A stretch of 62,898 nt of DNA, counting the filler, from Globobulimina sp. (Eukaryota): NCBI GenBank assembly GCA_003354225.1. It is 29 parts of 29 records of this genome, joined end to end, with 100 filler letters (N's around TTAATTAATTAA, not from the genome) between each part and the next. Parts side by side here need not be neighbours in the genome. Positions count along the whole stretch, not along the records: positions 10,867 to 12,939 come from PIVH01009226.1; positions 13,040 to 15,112 come from PIVH01009227.1; positions 15,213 to 17,285 come from PIVH01009228.1; positions 17,386 to 19,458 come from PIVH01009229.1; positions 19,559 to 21,631 come from PIVH01009230.1; positions 21,732 to 23,804 come from PIVH01009231.1; 23 more parts are not named here. One strand, given 5' to 3'. Under the pieces are notes generated by a model that was not told where the DNA came from, searched no databases, and saw only the letters and a list, made by a program, of their open reading frames with translations. Shown here piece by piece: positions 11,519 to 22,517 of the stretch. Each line of letters opens with the position of its first letter. Within the stretch, counting starts at the first letter, position 1. Both the position numbers and the translations under genes were made by a program.

Positions 11519-11559
11519 AAAAATTAAGTCAAGAAAAAAGGACCGAAACTTAATTTTTC
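11009..11559 (+). ncRNA. Putative split (bipartite, loop-loop) hammerhead ribozyme; predicted cleavage 3' of C11530
   Basis: Catalytic half UUUCUU-CUGACGA-GGUCCU (11021-11039) lies in the loop of a 12-bp hairpin. Substrate half GUC-AAGAAA-AA-AGGACC-GAAA-C (11528-11549) is closed by an 11-bp stem III. Stems I and II are each 6/6 Watson-Crick, and all conserved core nucleotides are present. Confidence 0.7.
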
Positions 11560-11574
11560 AACAACCGGTCGGGG

Positions 11575-11717
11575 CCCCCTCCCCTCCCCCTCCCCCCTCC
11601 CCTACGCCTCGCCGCATTCAAGCCCCCGAAGGGGCTTGAATGGGCGAGGCTCCCTCCGCTTTGGTGGGGGGAAAGGGGGGAAGGGGGGTTTTGGCCAGGG
11701 CAAGGCCTTTGGCCTTG
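11575..11717. other. GC-rich palindromic cluster (20-bp hairpin, flanking C and G tracts, second 7-bp hairpin)
   Basis: GCCTCGCC-G-CATTCAAGCCCC-CGAA-GGGGCTTGAATG-GGCGAGGC (11606-11650); C runs 11575-11602; G runs 11663-11688; CAAGGCC-TTT-GGCCTTG (11701-11717). Confidence 0.9.
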
Positions 11718-11739
11718 TACAATTTCGTTTGAAGTATAT

Positions 11740-12300
11740 TTATAAAGTTTTATTCTTTCTACAAGTTTGAAATAATTTTCTCAAATTTACATCAACAATT
11801 TGTGTACTGCCTAAAGGTGTCATAGCTAACATATCCAACATAGTTTTCATTCCATCTGGTATTGTAGTAGAGTTGTTGTTGTTTTGTTGTTGCGGTATAG
11901 GAGGAGGCGCTTGTTTACATAGGGCATTTAAAATATCATACAAATTTGAACCTCGCACACGATAGCGATATCCTTTGCCAGGTAGGTAGCACAGTATCTC
12001 ACCACTACTTGTATCGAAACCAAACTCGTGACCTTTGAGTAAATGTTTGAGCAGTTGATGGGCAGGATCTCTGGAGCGGGGTGGTAGAGATTGGATCAAA
12101 GTTAAAAATTCTGTATCCATTCCATCACTACATTTGGGTTCGGGTTTTGTTTCTATATCTTGCTGCTGCTGCTGCTGCTGTTCTGTCTCTACAGTTGGTA
12201 ATAGCTGCTGCTGCTGCTTTCTCAACCGATCCAATTCGGCTACCATATCCTGATATTGATTTCTGTCCACCGCTACATATTCGATAAATTTATTGTTCAT
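11740..12300 (-). CDS. Conserved uncharacterised Polinton/adintovirus protein
   Basis: Pattern I.SLP...R..A..LL.HL....GEI.....GSN..D.L....P.G.....L resembles the conserved ORF downstream of Polinton ATPases. Confidence 0.7.
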   Translation of the reverse strand: MNNKFIEYVAVDRNQYQDMVAELDRLRKQQQQLLPTVETEQQQQQQQDIETKPEPKCSDGMDTEFLTLIQSLPPRSRDPAHQLLKHLLKGHEFGFDTSSGEILCYLPGKGYRYRVRGSNLYDILNALCKQAPPPIPQQQNNNNSTTIPDGMKTMLDMLAMTPLGSTQIVDVNLRKLFQTCRKNKTL

Positions 12301-12586
12301 ATTTTAGAATCAATTGAACAAGTGGCATGAAATCACCAAGTCTTTTCTTTAGGTAAGAACTTGGTCGTTTTACTCTTTTAAATCTATTGATCAATTTCTT
12401 TTGTTGGCCGACAATATCTCGTTCTTCCTTGGTCAAACGAACGTCAGTTCTTAATTTTTCCAAAGAAAATTGCAAATATCCGAGCCAATCGGTATAGAGT
12501 TTATTTTTGAACAGAAATTTTTTAATGGCAGACAGTTTAGGATTTTTACTTATAACAAGAGTGGCAATGGCAGTATCAATATTCAT
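12290..12586 (-). CDS. Small basic Polinton protein (putative core protein)
   Basis: 98 aa, K/R rich, V.LT.....+...KK.+ segment and C-terminal G.F.PL; lies directly after the ATPase. Confidence 0.55.
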   Translation of the reverse strand: MNIDTAIATLVISKNPKLSAIKKFLFKNKLYTDWLGYLQFSLEKLRTDVRLTKEERDIVGQQKKLINRFKRVKRPSSYLKKRLGDFMPLVQLILKYEQ

Positions 12587-12939
12587 TTGGGGTTATAGAC
12601 AAGTTTCTCTGGTTCGTCATCGAATATTCCACAACGCAGTCGAAAGTTATTGCCACGAATGGCCACTGGGCTGTTGTCGATCAATATATAGTCACTGTGG
12701 CGCTGCAAGAACATATGATTGGCTACTGATGGTAAAAATCCTGACCATCGATAGAACAATGAGCGCTGCAATGTTTCTAGTGAATTTCCATTCATAATTG
12801 CTGGCATCAGAAACATATAAGTTGCATTTTTTCTTATAGTTCTCATCGAATCACCACCAGCTTGTAAATCTTGGGCTAAAAACCAACACTGAGCTCCAGC
12901 ACCATTACAGGCATGGTGGCTAGTGATTGTGAATAATTT
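12583..12939 (-). CDS. Polinton packaging ATPase (A32/FtsK-HerA family), C-terminal part
   Basis: Frame open to the contig edge: KLFTITSHH...FLAQDL...MRTIRKNATYMFL...YILID...FRLRCGIF. Confidence 0.85.
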   Translation of the reverse strand, partial: KLFTITSHHACNGAGAQCWFLAQDLQAGGDSMRTIRKNATYMFLMPAIMNGNSLETLQRSLFYRWSGFLPSVANHMFLQRHSDYILIDNSPVAIRGNNFRLRCGIFDDEPEKLVYNPK

Positions 12940-13115
12940 NNNNNNNNNNNNNNNNNNNNNNNNNNNNNNNNNNNNNNNNNNNNTTAATTAATTAANNNNN
13001 NNNNNNNNNNNNNNNNNNNNNNNNNNNNNNNNNNNNNNNAAATAAAAAAAGCTAAAATATACAAAAAAAAGTTGAGAGATATTTAAAAAAAGTTGAAAAC
13101 AATGAAAGATAGAAA

Positions 13116-14480
13116 CTATTTTCTAATAATCTTGGCCAATTTTTTGGATCCTCTCGATTTCGACTCAAAGAAATACGCTTTCTTTTTAGTTTTCGTTTGT
13201 GGCGATTTGGGCGAGGTTTTGGTGGATTTTTTAGTTTTGGCCACTTGATTGGAATGCATATTTGCATGCACATTGGGATGGACCTCGATGATTAATTCGT
13301 GCTGCTTGTTATATTTGCGTTTATTGTAAGAATGCGCCACGCGCGGAATCGAGGTAATATTATGATGCTTTTCATCATCATACTTTTCGCTGTAATTCGA
13401 CACATTGGAATAAGAGGGCGATGGCGAAGACATAGAGAGCGATTCCGAGGTATTGGGCGAGTTTAGATATTGAGAGGAGATGGATTTGGGCGATTGCCTC
13501 GATACAATTTCTCGTTTTGGCGACGAATTGGGCGAAATGGAGGAATTGGTGCTAAGTGATTTGGGCGAGGTTTTTTGCTTTTTTTTGAGATGGTTTTGTT
13601 GGATGGGATCCCACAAATACTTGCATAATAATTGCAACTCGTTGTCGATGTCATGTATTTGGTAGCCATAACAAGGGGGCATCCAAAAATTAGTGATCTT
13701 GCGGTCGGCGTCAAACCACGACGTCGCGTTGTCGTCCACAATTAACACTTTTTTAGGGTCCAAGTCGTGTCTATTGCATATTAATCGGAATGGCTTCTTA
13801 GGTTTACCTTCATCGTGTTCGTCGTCGTGTAAATCATGGAAATTATATACATCGTCCTATATATGGCAGATAACAATATGTAAAAAATAGTTTGTGTTTA
13901 CGCAAATTCGATACTATGTTAATTTGAGTTTGGCGCAAAGCAAAGTACAAAAACATACAATTAAGTCAGGATTGGCCGAGGTGAAGTTACTGATTAACGC
14001 CGCTAAGACGGAGGCGGCGTAATGTTCGCCAGCTTTTGTACAAATGATGATTTTTGTACCAAAGTGAGACTTTAAATAATCTAAAACCGCTAATAAGTGC
14101 CATGTGAATGGTCGATAATATATCATAGTACGCCCGCGAATGAAGGGATGCATTTGATGGCCTTTGCGATGAATATGGCGATGCCATTTAGAACATTGGT
14201 TCTCTGCTAAGGATGGAATGGTGCCATTCTCGACGTATTTGCGCCATCGTTTGACAGATAATCGTTTGCCATGAATTATGGTACGATCTAAGTCTAATAT
14301 GATGCAGTCCCATTTGTAGCTAGTCTTATGTGCCTCGGCAAGTGTGTATAATTGAGGATAGATTGCATTTTGATATTGGGGCATGGCTTCGGGCAATTCG
14401 CGTACGGGTACTTTACTACATCGTCTTTTATTGTGGTTGTTTTGGCCATTATGGGCTAAGGGGACTTGTTGTTGGTTCAT
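13116..14480 (-). CDS. FCP1/SCP-family (NIF) HAD phosphatase; one intron ~13858-13948
   Basis: IILDLDRTII (DxDxT), YYRP, IICTKAGEHYA, VLIVDD; S/P-rich tail. Confidence 0.8.
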
Positions 14481-14740
14481 TATTGATTATGTATTCTGTA
14501 TCAAGGCGAAGAGGATGAAAAGAGGTTGGGATGATTAAGTGTAAAATGTTTTTTTTTGTAGAAAACTCATGACTTTCGTTTTGATGGACGGACTTTTAGG
14601 ATGCGCAAAAACGCAGATTCGTTGATCGAATTGAAAAGGTCTATGGTTTCGGTTCAATAAGAAAATGTAACGTAACAATATATGGCTGAAAACCTACTTT
14701 GAAGTTTTTTGGTATATTTAAATAGTGTGAATGTGATAAG

Positions 14741-15112
14741 TCATGGTTTCAAGGCTTGTTTCAATGGAATTCGTTGTTTAGCAATATCTCTCGCATGCAT
14801 TCGACCTCTAAAAGGTTCTGACTTATAACTACTACGCATTCCTTTTGTATTCCTCTCCGAATGATCAATAACAACATCACCGCCATGGTCCATCCCCTTC
14901 TCTTTTCGATATAACTCATTGTAACTCATCCAATCGCCCAATACAATGCGTGGATGCTCCTCAACCATCATATCCAATCTTTGATTGCATGATTCGTAAA
15001 TATCCATAAACTTTTCTCTATCTTTCCATGACATGTCCACACTCCAAATATGAGCAGTTGCCACACGAACTTTGTTCTCAAACCCTGACTTTGCTGCAGA
15101 TGCTGGCAACTC
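14741..15112 (-). CDS. Hypothetical protein, C-terminal part
   Basis: Frame open from the contig edge; no family recognised. Confidence 0.4.
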   Translation of the reverse strand, partial: ELPASAAKSGFENKVRVATAHIWSVDMSWKDREKFMDIYESCNQRLDMMVEEHPRIVLGDWMSYNELYRKEKGMDHGGDVVIDHSERNTKGMRSSYKSEPFRGRMHARDIAKQRIPLKQALKP

Positions 15113-15212
15113 NNNNNNNNNNNNNNNNNNNNNNNNNNNNNNNNNNNNNNNNNNNNTTAATTAATTAANNNNNNNNNNNNNNNNNNNNNNNNNNNNNNNN
15201 NNNNNNNNNNNN

Positions 15213-16076
15213 GGTGGTAAACCTTTCCTTGCTCTCATTTTATTGTCATACCTTCTCTTCGCAGCTTTCTGTTGTTTGGCAGTCTCTTCCTGTTCTATAT
15301 ATGCTTCCGCATATCTTTGCAAATAATCCTGTTCCTCATCTTTTGGCTGTTCTCTTTTATGCAATTCGCCCATCACAAAAGAGCGGAACATTTGCCTTTG
15401 ATCATCAGCAATCTCCTCAAATTTTTCACTGCCCCATTCCCTTTGCAATTTGCCTTTCTTTTGCTTTTTTTTACAAGAATGCCGACAGACCTTTTTCTGT
15501 AACTTGGCAGTGCTGATTTTGGAATATAAATATTCAGGTATTTCTTCTTCATACTCTTCGATTAATTGTTGGCAGACTAACGCTATGGTCTCACATTCAT
15601 GGCTACACCTTCCATATACAGCTTTTTGTGCCACTGATAAAGTTTTGCCCTTTTTGACGATGTCAAGTTTTGTGATCCAATCGCCGTGATCATGGTATGG
15701 CTGACACGCATATCTGGTTATATTTGAATAATGTTCTTCTTCCAATTCCTTTCACACAAATACGTGTACAATAAATAATACAGTGTAGCTATATATGTTT
15801 TAATACCTCATATTTCAATGCATCTCTCATTGATCTTGCTCTCCGATTGATAGATTTCATAGCTAGTTTACATACGTCGCATGCTATCCACTTTCTCATT
15901 CCTCGAATGGGTTCACGCCGAATCATTTTCAAATAATCTTTGTCCTGTTGACTGTACACGTTTTTTGTCCTGTTGACTGTTATGTATGCGGATATAAGAT
16001 ATTTTAGAATGCTTAACGCTGATGTTGTGGTGGCATAAAACCATATTAGCACAAGCAACACGGAATAGGACGACAT
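15213..16076 (-). CDS. Secreted saposin-like/Canopy (DUF3456-like) protein, multi-exon, 3' partial
   Basis: Signal peptide, IACDVCK, later C..EC.TI..VCQQL.EEYEEEI and C..SC cysteine spacing. Confidence 0.65.
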
Positions 16077-16159
16077 GTTCGTATTGTTCGAGCGAGTAAA
16101 TGTTTTGCAAAGTTTTTTAAGTATATAAACTTCACTTTGATAGTATTATACTACAACAA

Positions 16160-17285
16160 ATGGGTCTTTGTCAAGCTTCTGCAAATGCAAATAGCATTGA
16201 AACTCAACAACAGGAACACAAGGCGGAGTTCAAAGTCAGTGAAGATTTCGCCGGAGAAGTATACGATCTTATTGTGATCGGTGGTGGCAGCGCAGGCATT
16301 GCCAGTGCTAAACGTGCCGCATCCTATGGTGCCAAAGTTAAACTATTCGAAGCGAATAGATATGGTGGAACATGTGTCAATGTTGGGTGTGTTCCAAAAA
16401 AATTAATGTGGACGGCATCAAACATTGCAACCACATTAAGCACTTATTCAAAACATTATGGATTTACTTTTGCAGATCACAATGAGTTTAAGTTCGACAT
16501 GAAAGCGCTTAAACAAAAACGTGATGATTACGTGACGTTTCTGAACAAAATCTATTCGAATGGTTTAGATAAATTAAACATTGATCATGAACAGAGTTAT
16601 GCAAAATTTATTGATTCAAACATTATCGAAGCAGATGGAAAACAATACACTGCACCGCATATTTTAATTGCTGTTGGTGGCTATCCCTATATTCCTGATA
16701 TTGCAGTTAAGTATATACCACAATTAATATTTGAAAGCAGCTGAACTCTGTATTCAAATTCAGGGCAAACAATATGTGAAAACCTCAGATGATTTCTTCA
16801 ATGAATTGGATTATATTCCAAACAAAGTAGGCATAGTTGGTGCGGGATATATTGCTGTTGAGTTGGCTCAAGTTTTGCAATGTTTAGGCGCCGATGTTTC
16901 ACTATTTATTCGCGGCGAACATCCATTGCGAAAATTCGATATATTGCTGCAAAATGGAGTACATAACGCGTTGATCCATTGCGGAGTGACAATATGTGCA
17001 AATACGCATATTCAAGAAATACAGAAACAAAACCTGACAGATGTCGATGACGAGAAACGGGATTTATTTTCTGTACATACTGCTGAAGGTGCAATATATA
17101 CAGATTTTGACTATATTTTGTATGCGATTGGCCGTGGCCCATTGGCTCAAGATTTGGGTTTGGACAAAACAAATGTTGCGCAGAATGGGCGTGGGTTTAT
17201 AATATCCAATGAATTTGAAGAAACTGCGGAAAAAGGTGTATATGCCATAGGTGATATTAATAATAAAATGTCATTCACTCCTGTG
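16160..17285 (+). CDS. Glutathione reductase; intron 16706-16763; 3' partial
   Basis: YDLIVIGGGSAG, GGTCVNVGCVPKK redox motif, VGAGYIAVELA, YAIGD. Confidence 0.93.
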
Positions 17286-17385
17286 NNNNNNNNNNNNNNN
17301 NNNNNNNNNNNNNNNNNNNNNNNNNNNNNTTAATTAATTAANNNNNNNNNNNNNNNNNNNNNNNNNNNNNNNNNNNNNNNNNNNN

Positions 17386-19280
17386 AATAGAATCATAATG
17401 GTATACCACATTGTCAAAGAGAGCAGGATTTGCATGAACAGAAGGAGCAGAATCTTGTGTATTATAAGTATCTGGTTCTCCGGCTAAATTCGTCAAAAAG
17501 CTTCTTAATTCTTGCAAAATTGCCGTATTTTCAGGATTCATTCTTATATTTTTGGTCTCTGTCGGATCCTCATCGATGTTAAACAAGTATTCATTCATTC
17601 GCAAGGTGGACCATTCTATATTTTCAATTTGCATCATCGTATTTGGGTCAATGGGATGCGGTTTTTGCGGCAATGGCTGTGGCGCAGTCGCTATACCCTC
17701 AGAATCGAAAGGTATTTCTTGGGCGCCTTGCAATGGCGATTCCCACCAACCATCGTATAATTCAACTGGTTGTATAATATATTTATAGCCCTTCCAAAAC
17801 AGAGCCGCTTTCTCAATGTACGACGCTGTGACATCCACCGTCATATCACCAATAAATGGCGACTCTCGGACCGGCGCATCAATCCCATCATTATTCGTCA
17901 AAAACTCCCAAAACGACAATCCTTTGGTATTAACATTTAAGTCCACAGTGTCGACATTGACATTTGCCGCACTCAACAACGTCAAAAATATATCCGCAGA
18001 ATGCATCAATTCATTGTTACTTGTTCCATACAACGAATCTGAGAGATATCCGCCAGACAAAATAGATCGTACTCTTATCGAGCCTTCGAACAATGTGCCT
18101 TTGCCGCCGCGCAATGGCAAATTAACCGAACCGGAGCAAGTGTTCACAGAGCCGACATCCCAGCACATTAAGCCGCCATTGTCAGAGCTAAATAATATGA
18201 CAGTTCTGTCCCACATCGCAGTCTCTTTCAATTTCGCAATCAAGGAACCGACGGAAGCATCCAGCTCTTGCATCAAATTGCAATATTTATAACGAATCAG
18301 CTCCGACGTCTCGCCAATGTACGAACATTCCGTCGCGTATTCGTAATGATATTGGATCGGTGTATGTGCGTTCGGCGGAGAGTAATATAAAAACAATGGT
18401 TGCTCCGCATTGTCCTCGTTGTGAGTGTCCAGAATCGACGCGATCTCATTATCAAATATCTCCGTCACATATTGCATTTTGATGGGAGGCGCGTACACTT
18501 TGTTGTCTTTCCACAGGTCATAGCCCATCAACATTTCGTTGCTTTCGCTGTCGAAACTCGACGCCGCATAATGCCAATAATCGATAAATCGTTGATGGAA
18601 ACCCAAAAATGTGTCGAATCCTCGCCGGGTCGGCGTATAGTCCCATTTCGAATATCCCAATGCCCATTTTCCAACGGCGTGCGTCGCGTAGCCCCGCTCC
18701 GAGCGAAGGATCTCTGGCAAGAGACGCACGTCCAACGGGATGTGGGCGCTGCTACCGGTTTCGATGCCGTTTTGCAAACCCAAGTCGTAGCCGGGTATGC
18801 CAGTCAGTAGAGCGGCGCGAGTGGCTGAGCCAGATTGGTGAACGTACATTTTATTTAAGGATATGCCTTTTATGTTTGTGCGAATTTGCGGGTGGAAACA
18901 GTATATGTTTTGTTTTGTTTTGTTTGTATATACCTTGTTCTCTTAATAGGTCGATGTTAGTTGTCGGGAATTCTGCGCCTCCATAGCCGAGGTCGCCCCA
19001 TCCAACGTCGTCGGCGACAATAACAATGATATGCGGGTCTGAGGAATCGAAGGTTATCTGGGGTACCCACCATGGCCAACCGAAAGGTAACACGGAACGG
19101 ACAATGATTAATACTATTAAAAATGATGACTAGAATTGCAATGAATATGATTGTCCATTTAGAACAACATGTGAAACGAGACCAGCACGCATGGCAACAA
19201 TTGGACCGCTGTTTGACACGTTGACGTATTAATGGCGATATTTCCTGGGAATCAAAACTCGAAATATCTAATGTATCCCG
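17386..19280 (-). CDS. Arylsulfatase B/I/J-like sulfatase with a non-canonical active site (possible pseudogene); one intron
   Basis: ADDVGWGD, VGKW.LG, PTRRGFDTF.G, SSDNGG, PLRGGKGTLFEG, YLFNI..DP.E. Signature reads GSATR instead of (C/S)xPxR. 5' end uncertain. Confidence 0.85.
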
Positions 19281-19558
19281 TATTTGAGAAAAAGAAAACT
19301 TCCTTGCCTACTTTTTTACAGTTGAGCTAAAACTGCAATAGGCTCAGAATAAGTACTGGGAATTTCTGTAACCTATGGGCTGTCAGATAAGTGCTGTAAT
19401 AGGGCTCTCCGCTAAGGCAACATCTGCCCTCTTCTATAGAAGGGAAAGTCGGTCACAANNNNNNNNNNNNNNNNNNNNNNNNNNNNNNNNNNNNNNNNNN
19501 NNTTAATTAATTAANNNNNNNNNNNNNNNNNNNNNNNNNNNNNNNNNNNNNNNNNNNN

Positions 19559-21631
19559 AGGGAAACGTTCCCCGTCAAGCAACCAGCAGAGATATCCACA
19601 ATTTGGGGGGTCAAGTGGCTTTAACAACTCATAGCCTATTATAGATAGTAGCAGGTAAAAAGCAAATTTAGCTTTGTTAACAATTGAGGTTTTCTTTAGT
19701 TTGTATAGGCTAGGATAGTTCTTTTCTATATGCTTGAAACTTAAACTAAGAGCGAACGGTGTGATCTGTGTGAAATTGACAAAAAACACACATAAAATAA
19801 AGAAAAACCGTTAATAACAACAAAAATCTACAAAATAAAATGGCAAACGGTAATTCGCAAAAAAAAAATAAAATAAACGGTAATAAACGCAATGATTGTG
19901 GGAAATCCCAATAAGTGATTGGGTGTGGCATGCGATTGCTTTTGAAACATTCGTATGGCAATACATTGCATGCGTGGTTGTGGCAGGTAACTGCAACAGG
20001 TGGGAAACTCTGTGGAGAGTCCCATACGGCAACGCACGTAACAGCGCTATATGTTAAATATATACAAACTAAACATTAACAACCAAATAAAACATATATA
20101 AACATATATAAAACAATGTATAGAATGCCCAGAGGTAAGAAAAGAATGACGCGAAATACTTTGCGGCGCGCAAATGAAGGAAATAACGATGATGACTTTG
20201 ATATTGTCATCGATAATGAACATAATCATAATCATAGCAATGATGCCGGAGCCAGTGCATATACACAGTTATTATACCAATTGCAAAAAATTAATAACTT
20301 TACCCGTCCATTCATAGCTCGTACGGGATTAGATACTTTGCGTTGGATCCTTGATGTCAATGATTATATTGATATTAATATAGACGCTCCCGAGAATTTA
20401 GTCTTTGATAAGATAATGAATTCCATTCCGCAGCATATACAGCGATATTATCGTAATTATATAACTGAACAAAATCGTCAGTTGGTGGCCAATCAGAATC
20501 AGAAAAATCAAGATGATGATGATATTGATTTGTTGCATCACAAATCATTAAATACATTAAAGCAATGGGCTAAATACCAATATCCACCAACTCCCAATGT
20601 TGATTCGTTAATAAATAAATTAAAACAAATCCAATTCCGATACAAAGAAAATCCATTAACCGTTTTTGATCGGTTCCAGATACTATGTGGTAATATAGAA
20701 TTATGTACAAATTTATTGAATGATGACTTAACTGCCGATGCCCAAATTCCCCATTTGACAGATCGTGAGAAATGGATCCAATTAAAGCGGATCTTTATTA
20801 CGCAAAATAATGTACAATCTCATAATAATATATCCAAAATTAATAATAAAGTAAAGACTCACATTGGAAATCGAAATCCGATAACGTTGCAGCAATTTGT
20901 TGATTTGATTTTAGCGCTGCCCGATATCGTCGTACCTCGCGTACACGCCGATGACCGCAATTATCAGTATAAAATATATAAAGATGAGCCGAATGCCACA
21001 TCTTTATTTCAATCACAAGTCCGATCATATAATAACTATAACGATGGCGGTCCAAATTCATATAGAGGTCGCGGACGAGGTAGAGGTGGCTTCCGTGGCC
21101 GAGGTAGTTTCCGTGGCCGTGATAGAGGCAGTTTTAGAGGGAGTTATCGAGGGAGGCGTGGAGGTCTCCGTGGTGGTAGTTTTAGGCACCGTGGACGTGG
21201 TAACTATGGACGTGGCAGCTATCGTGGATTTGGTAGAAGCAGGGGACGAGGAAACGGCTGGCAGCGTGGACTAAAGCGTAGTTTCGATGATATGCAGTCG
21301 AATTCATCTCGAAATAATACCGAGTGTTACCGATGCGGCAAATACGGACATTTATCGCGTGATTGCCGCAGCAAACGACATAAAAACGGCCAGCCACTTG
21401 GTTGGAACGACCAACGTCCGACAAATGCTACGAATTCATCACAAAATACACAAAATCCATCACGGAATGCACCAAATAATAATAGGAGTAATAACCAACC
21501 AAATATACCAAATATAACTTGTTATCGTTGCGGCTTTGATGGCCATGGTCGCCGAGATTGCATGGCCACGATTAATAAAAAGGGACAGCCGATAAATGAT
21601 TATCGAACTAATGCTGTAAAGCAACAGCTAT
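19559..21631 (+). mobile_element. LTR retrotransposon 5' region (possible LTR end, PBS, gag)
   Basis: ...CCACA (19600), then TGGGGGTCAAG (tRNA-Pro-like PBS, 19604), a ~500-nt leader and an intronless gag-like ORF. Confidence 0.55.
20116..21631 (+). CDS. Gag-like protein with RGG region and two CCHC zinc knuckles, 3' partial
   Basis: CYRCGKYGHLSRDC and CYRCGFDGHGRRDC; capsid-like L..I.F...E.P...FDRF segment. Confidence 0.7.
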
Positions 21632-21731
21632 NNNNNNNNNNNNNNNNNNNNNNNNNNNNNNNNNNNNNNNNNNNNTTAATTAATTAANNNNNNNNNNNNN
21701 NNNNNNNNNNNNNNNNNNNNNNNNNNNNNNN

Positions 21732-22269
21732 CACAAGAAATGCGGAAAACGCTCAGCAAATGTCACGCGATGAAATTATGGACAAATTGGATGTTTTTGA
21801 AATAGAAACAGTTGAATATAATATAAACGATATAGTTTGCATTCGATCATTATATAACATTGAGATTACGGAGAAGATATTAAAAATAATACTAACGTAT
21901 TTGCCCAAAATAGAAAGGTTAAAATATAAATATAAACACGAATTACATGATTGTTGTATTCATTTCGTTAATGGCTTCACAGGGAACGGGATAAAATATG
22001 GAATGGATTGGATATTATCAAATGCTAAAACTACACAGTCACAAAAATTATATATTGCATCGAATTCGTTTTCCAAATCAAAAGCTGACGACAGCAATGC
22101 AAAGTTTTTAGGTGACACCAATGTGATACATTATTCATCCTCCACTGAGTATTTAGATGAATTAATGAGTCGAGGAAATGAAATGGAACAAAGTAAAGAA
22201 AGTATATTCGCTGTTAACCGTAATGAGTCTGGTTCTGTGTCAGCACCAATTGCAAAATCAATTTGGTAA
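21732..22269 (+). CDS. Hypothetical protein, C-terminal part
   Basis: Frame open from the contig edge to TAA. Confidence 0.4.
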
Positions 22270-22517
22270 TTAATTTCAATGAATTGTTGGAGGAATTGTT
22301 CTTAAATATATGCTATATTAAATTCACATTTTAGAATGTACAATTTTGTTAAATAATTAACTTCATAGATTTGTTGCATATTAGGTATCGATATTTTAAT
22401 TGGTGTTAAGCAACAGATCACCAATCCGAAGATCCGTACTACAGTTTAAAAATGTGAAGCTTAGTTTGATTACACTGAAAAATCACAAATGTTACAAAAA
22501 TATGAATGAGTAATTAA

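Larger units (their letters stand above)
11740..12939 (-). mobile_element. Polinton/Maverick (adintovirus-like) fragment 1: ATPase plus two conserved downstream ORFs
   Basis: Three intronless overlapping ORFs (ATGA overlap at 12583-12586; 11-nt overlap at 12290-12300) in an order typical of Polintons. Confidence 0.85.

Noticed and set aside
11491-11559. Ordinary type I hammerhead formed by E2 and the downstream GAAAC
   Set aside because: No NUH plus stem I partner follows stem III. The GUC strand lies between the stem II arms, and E2 mismatches both arms.
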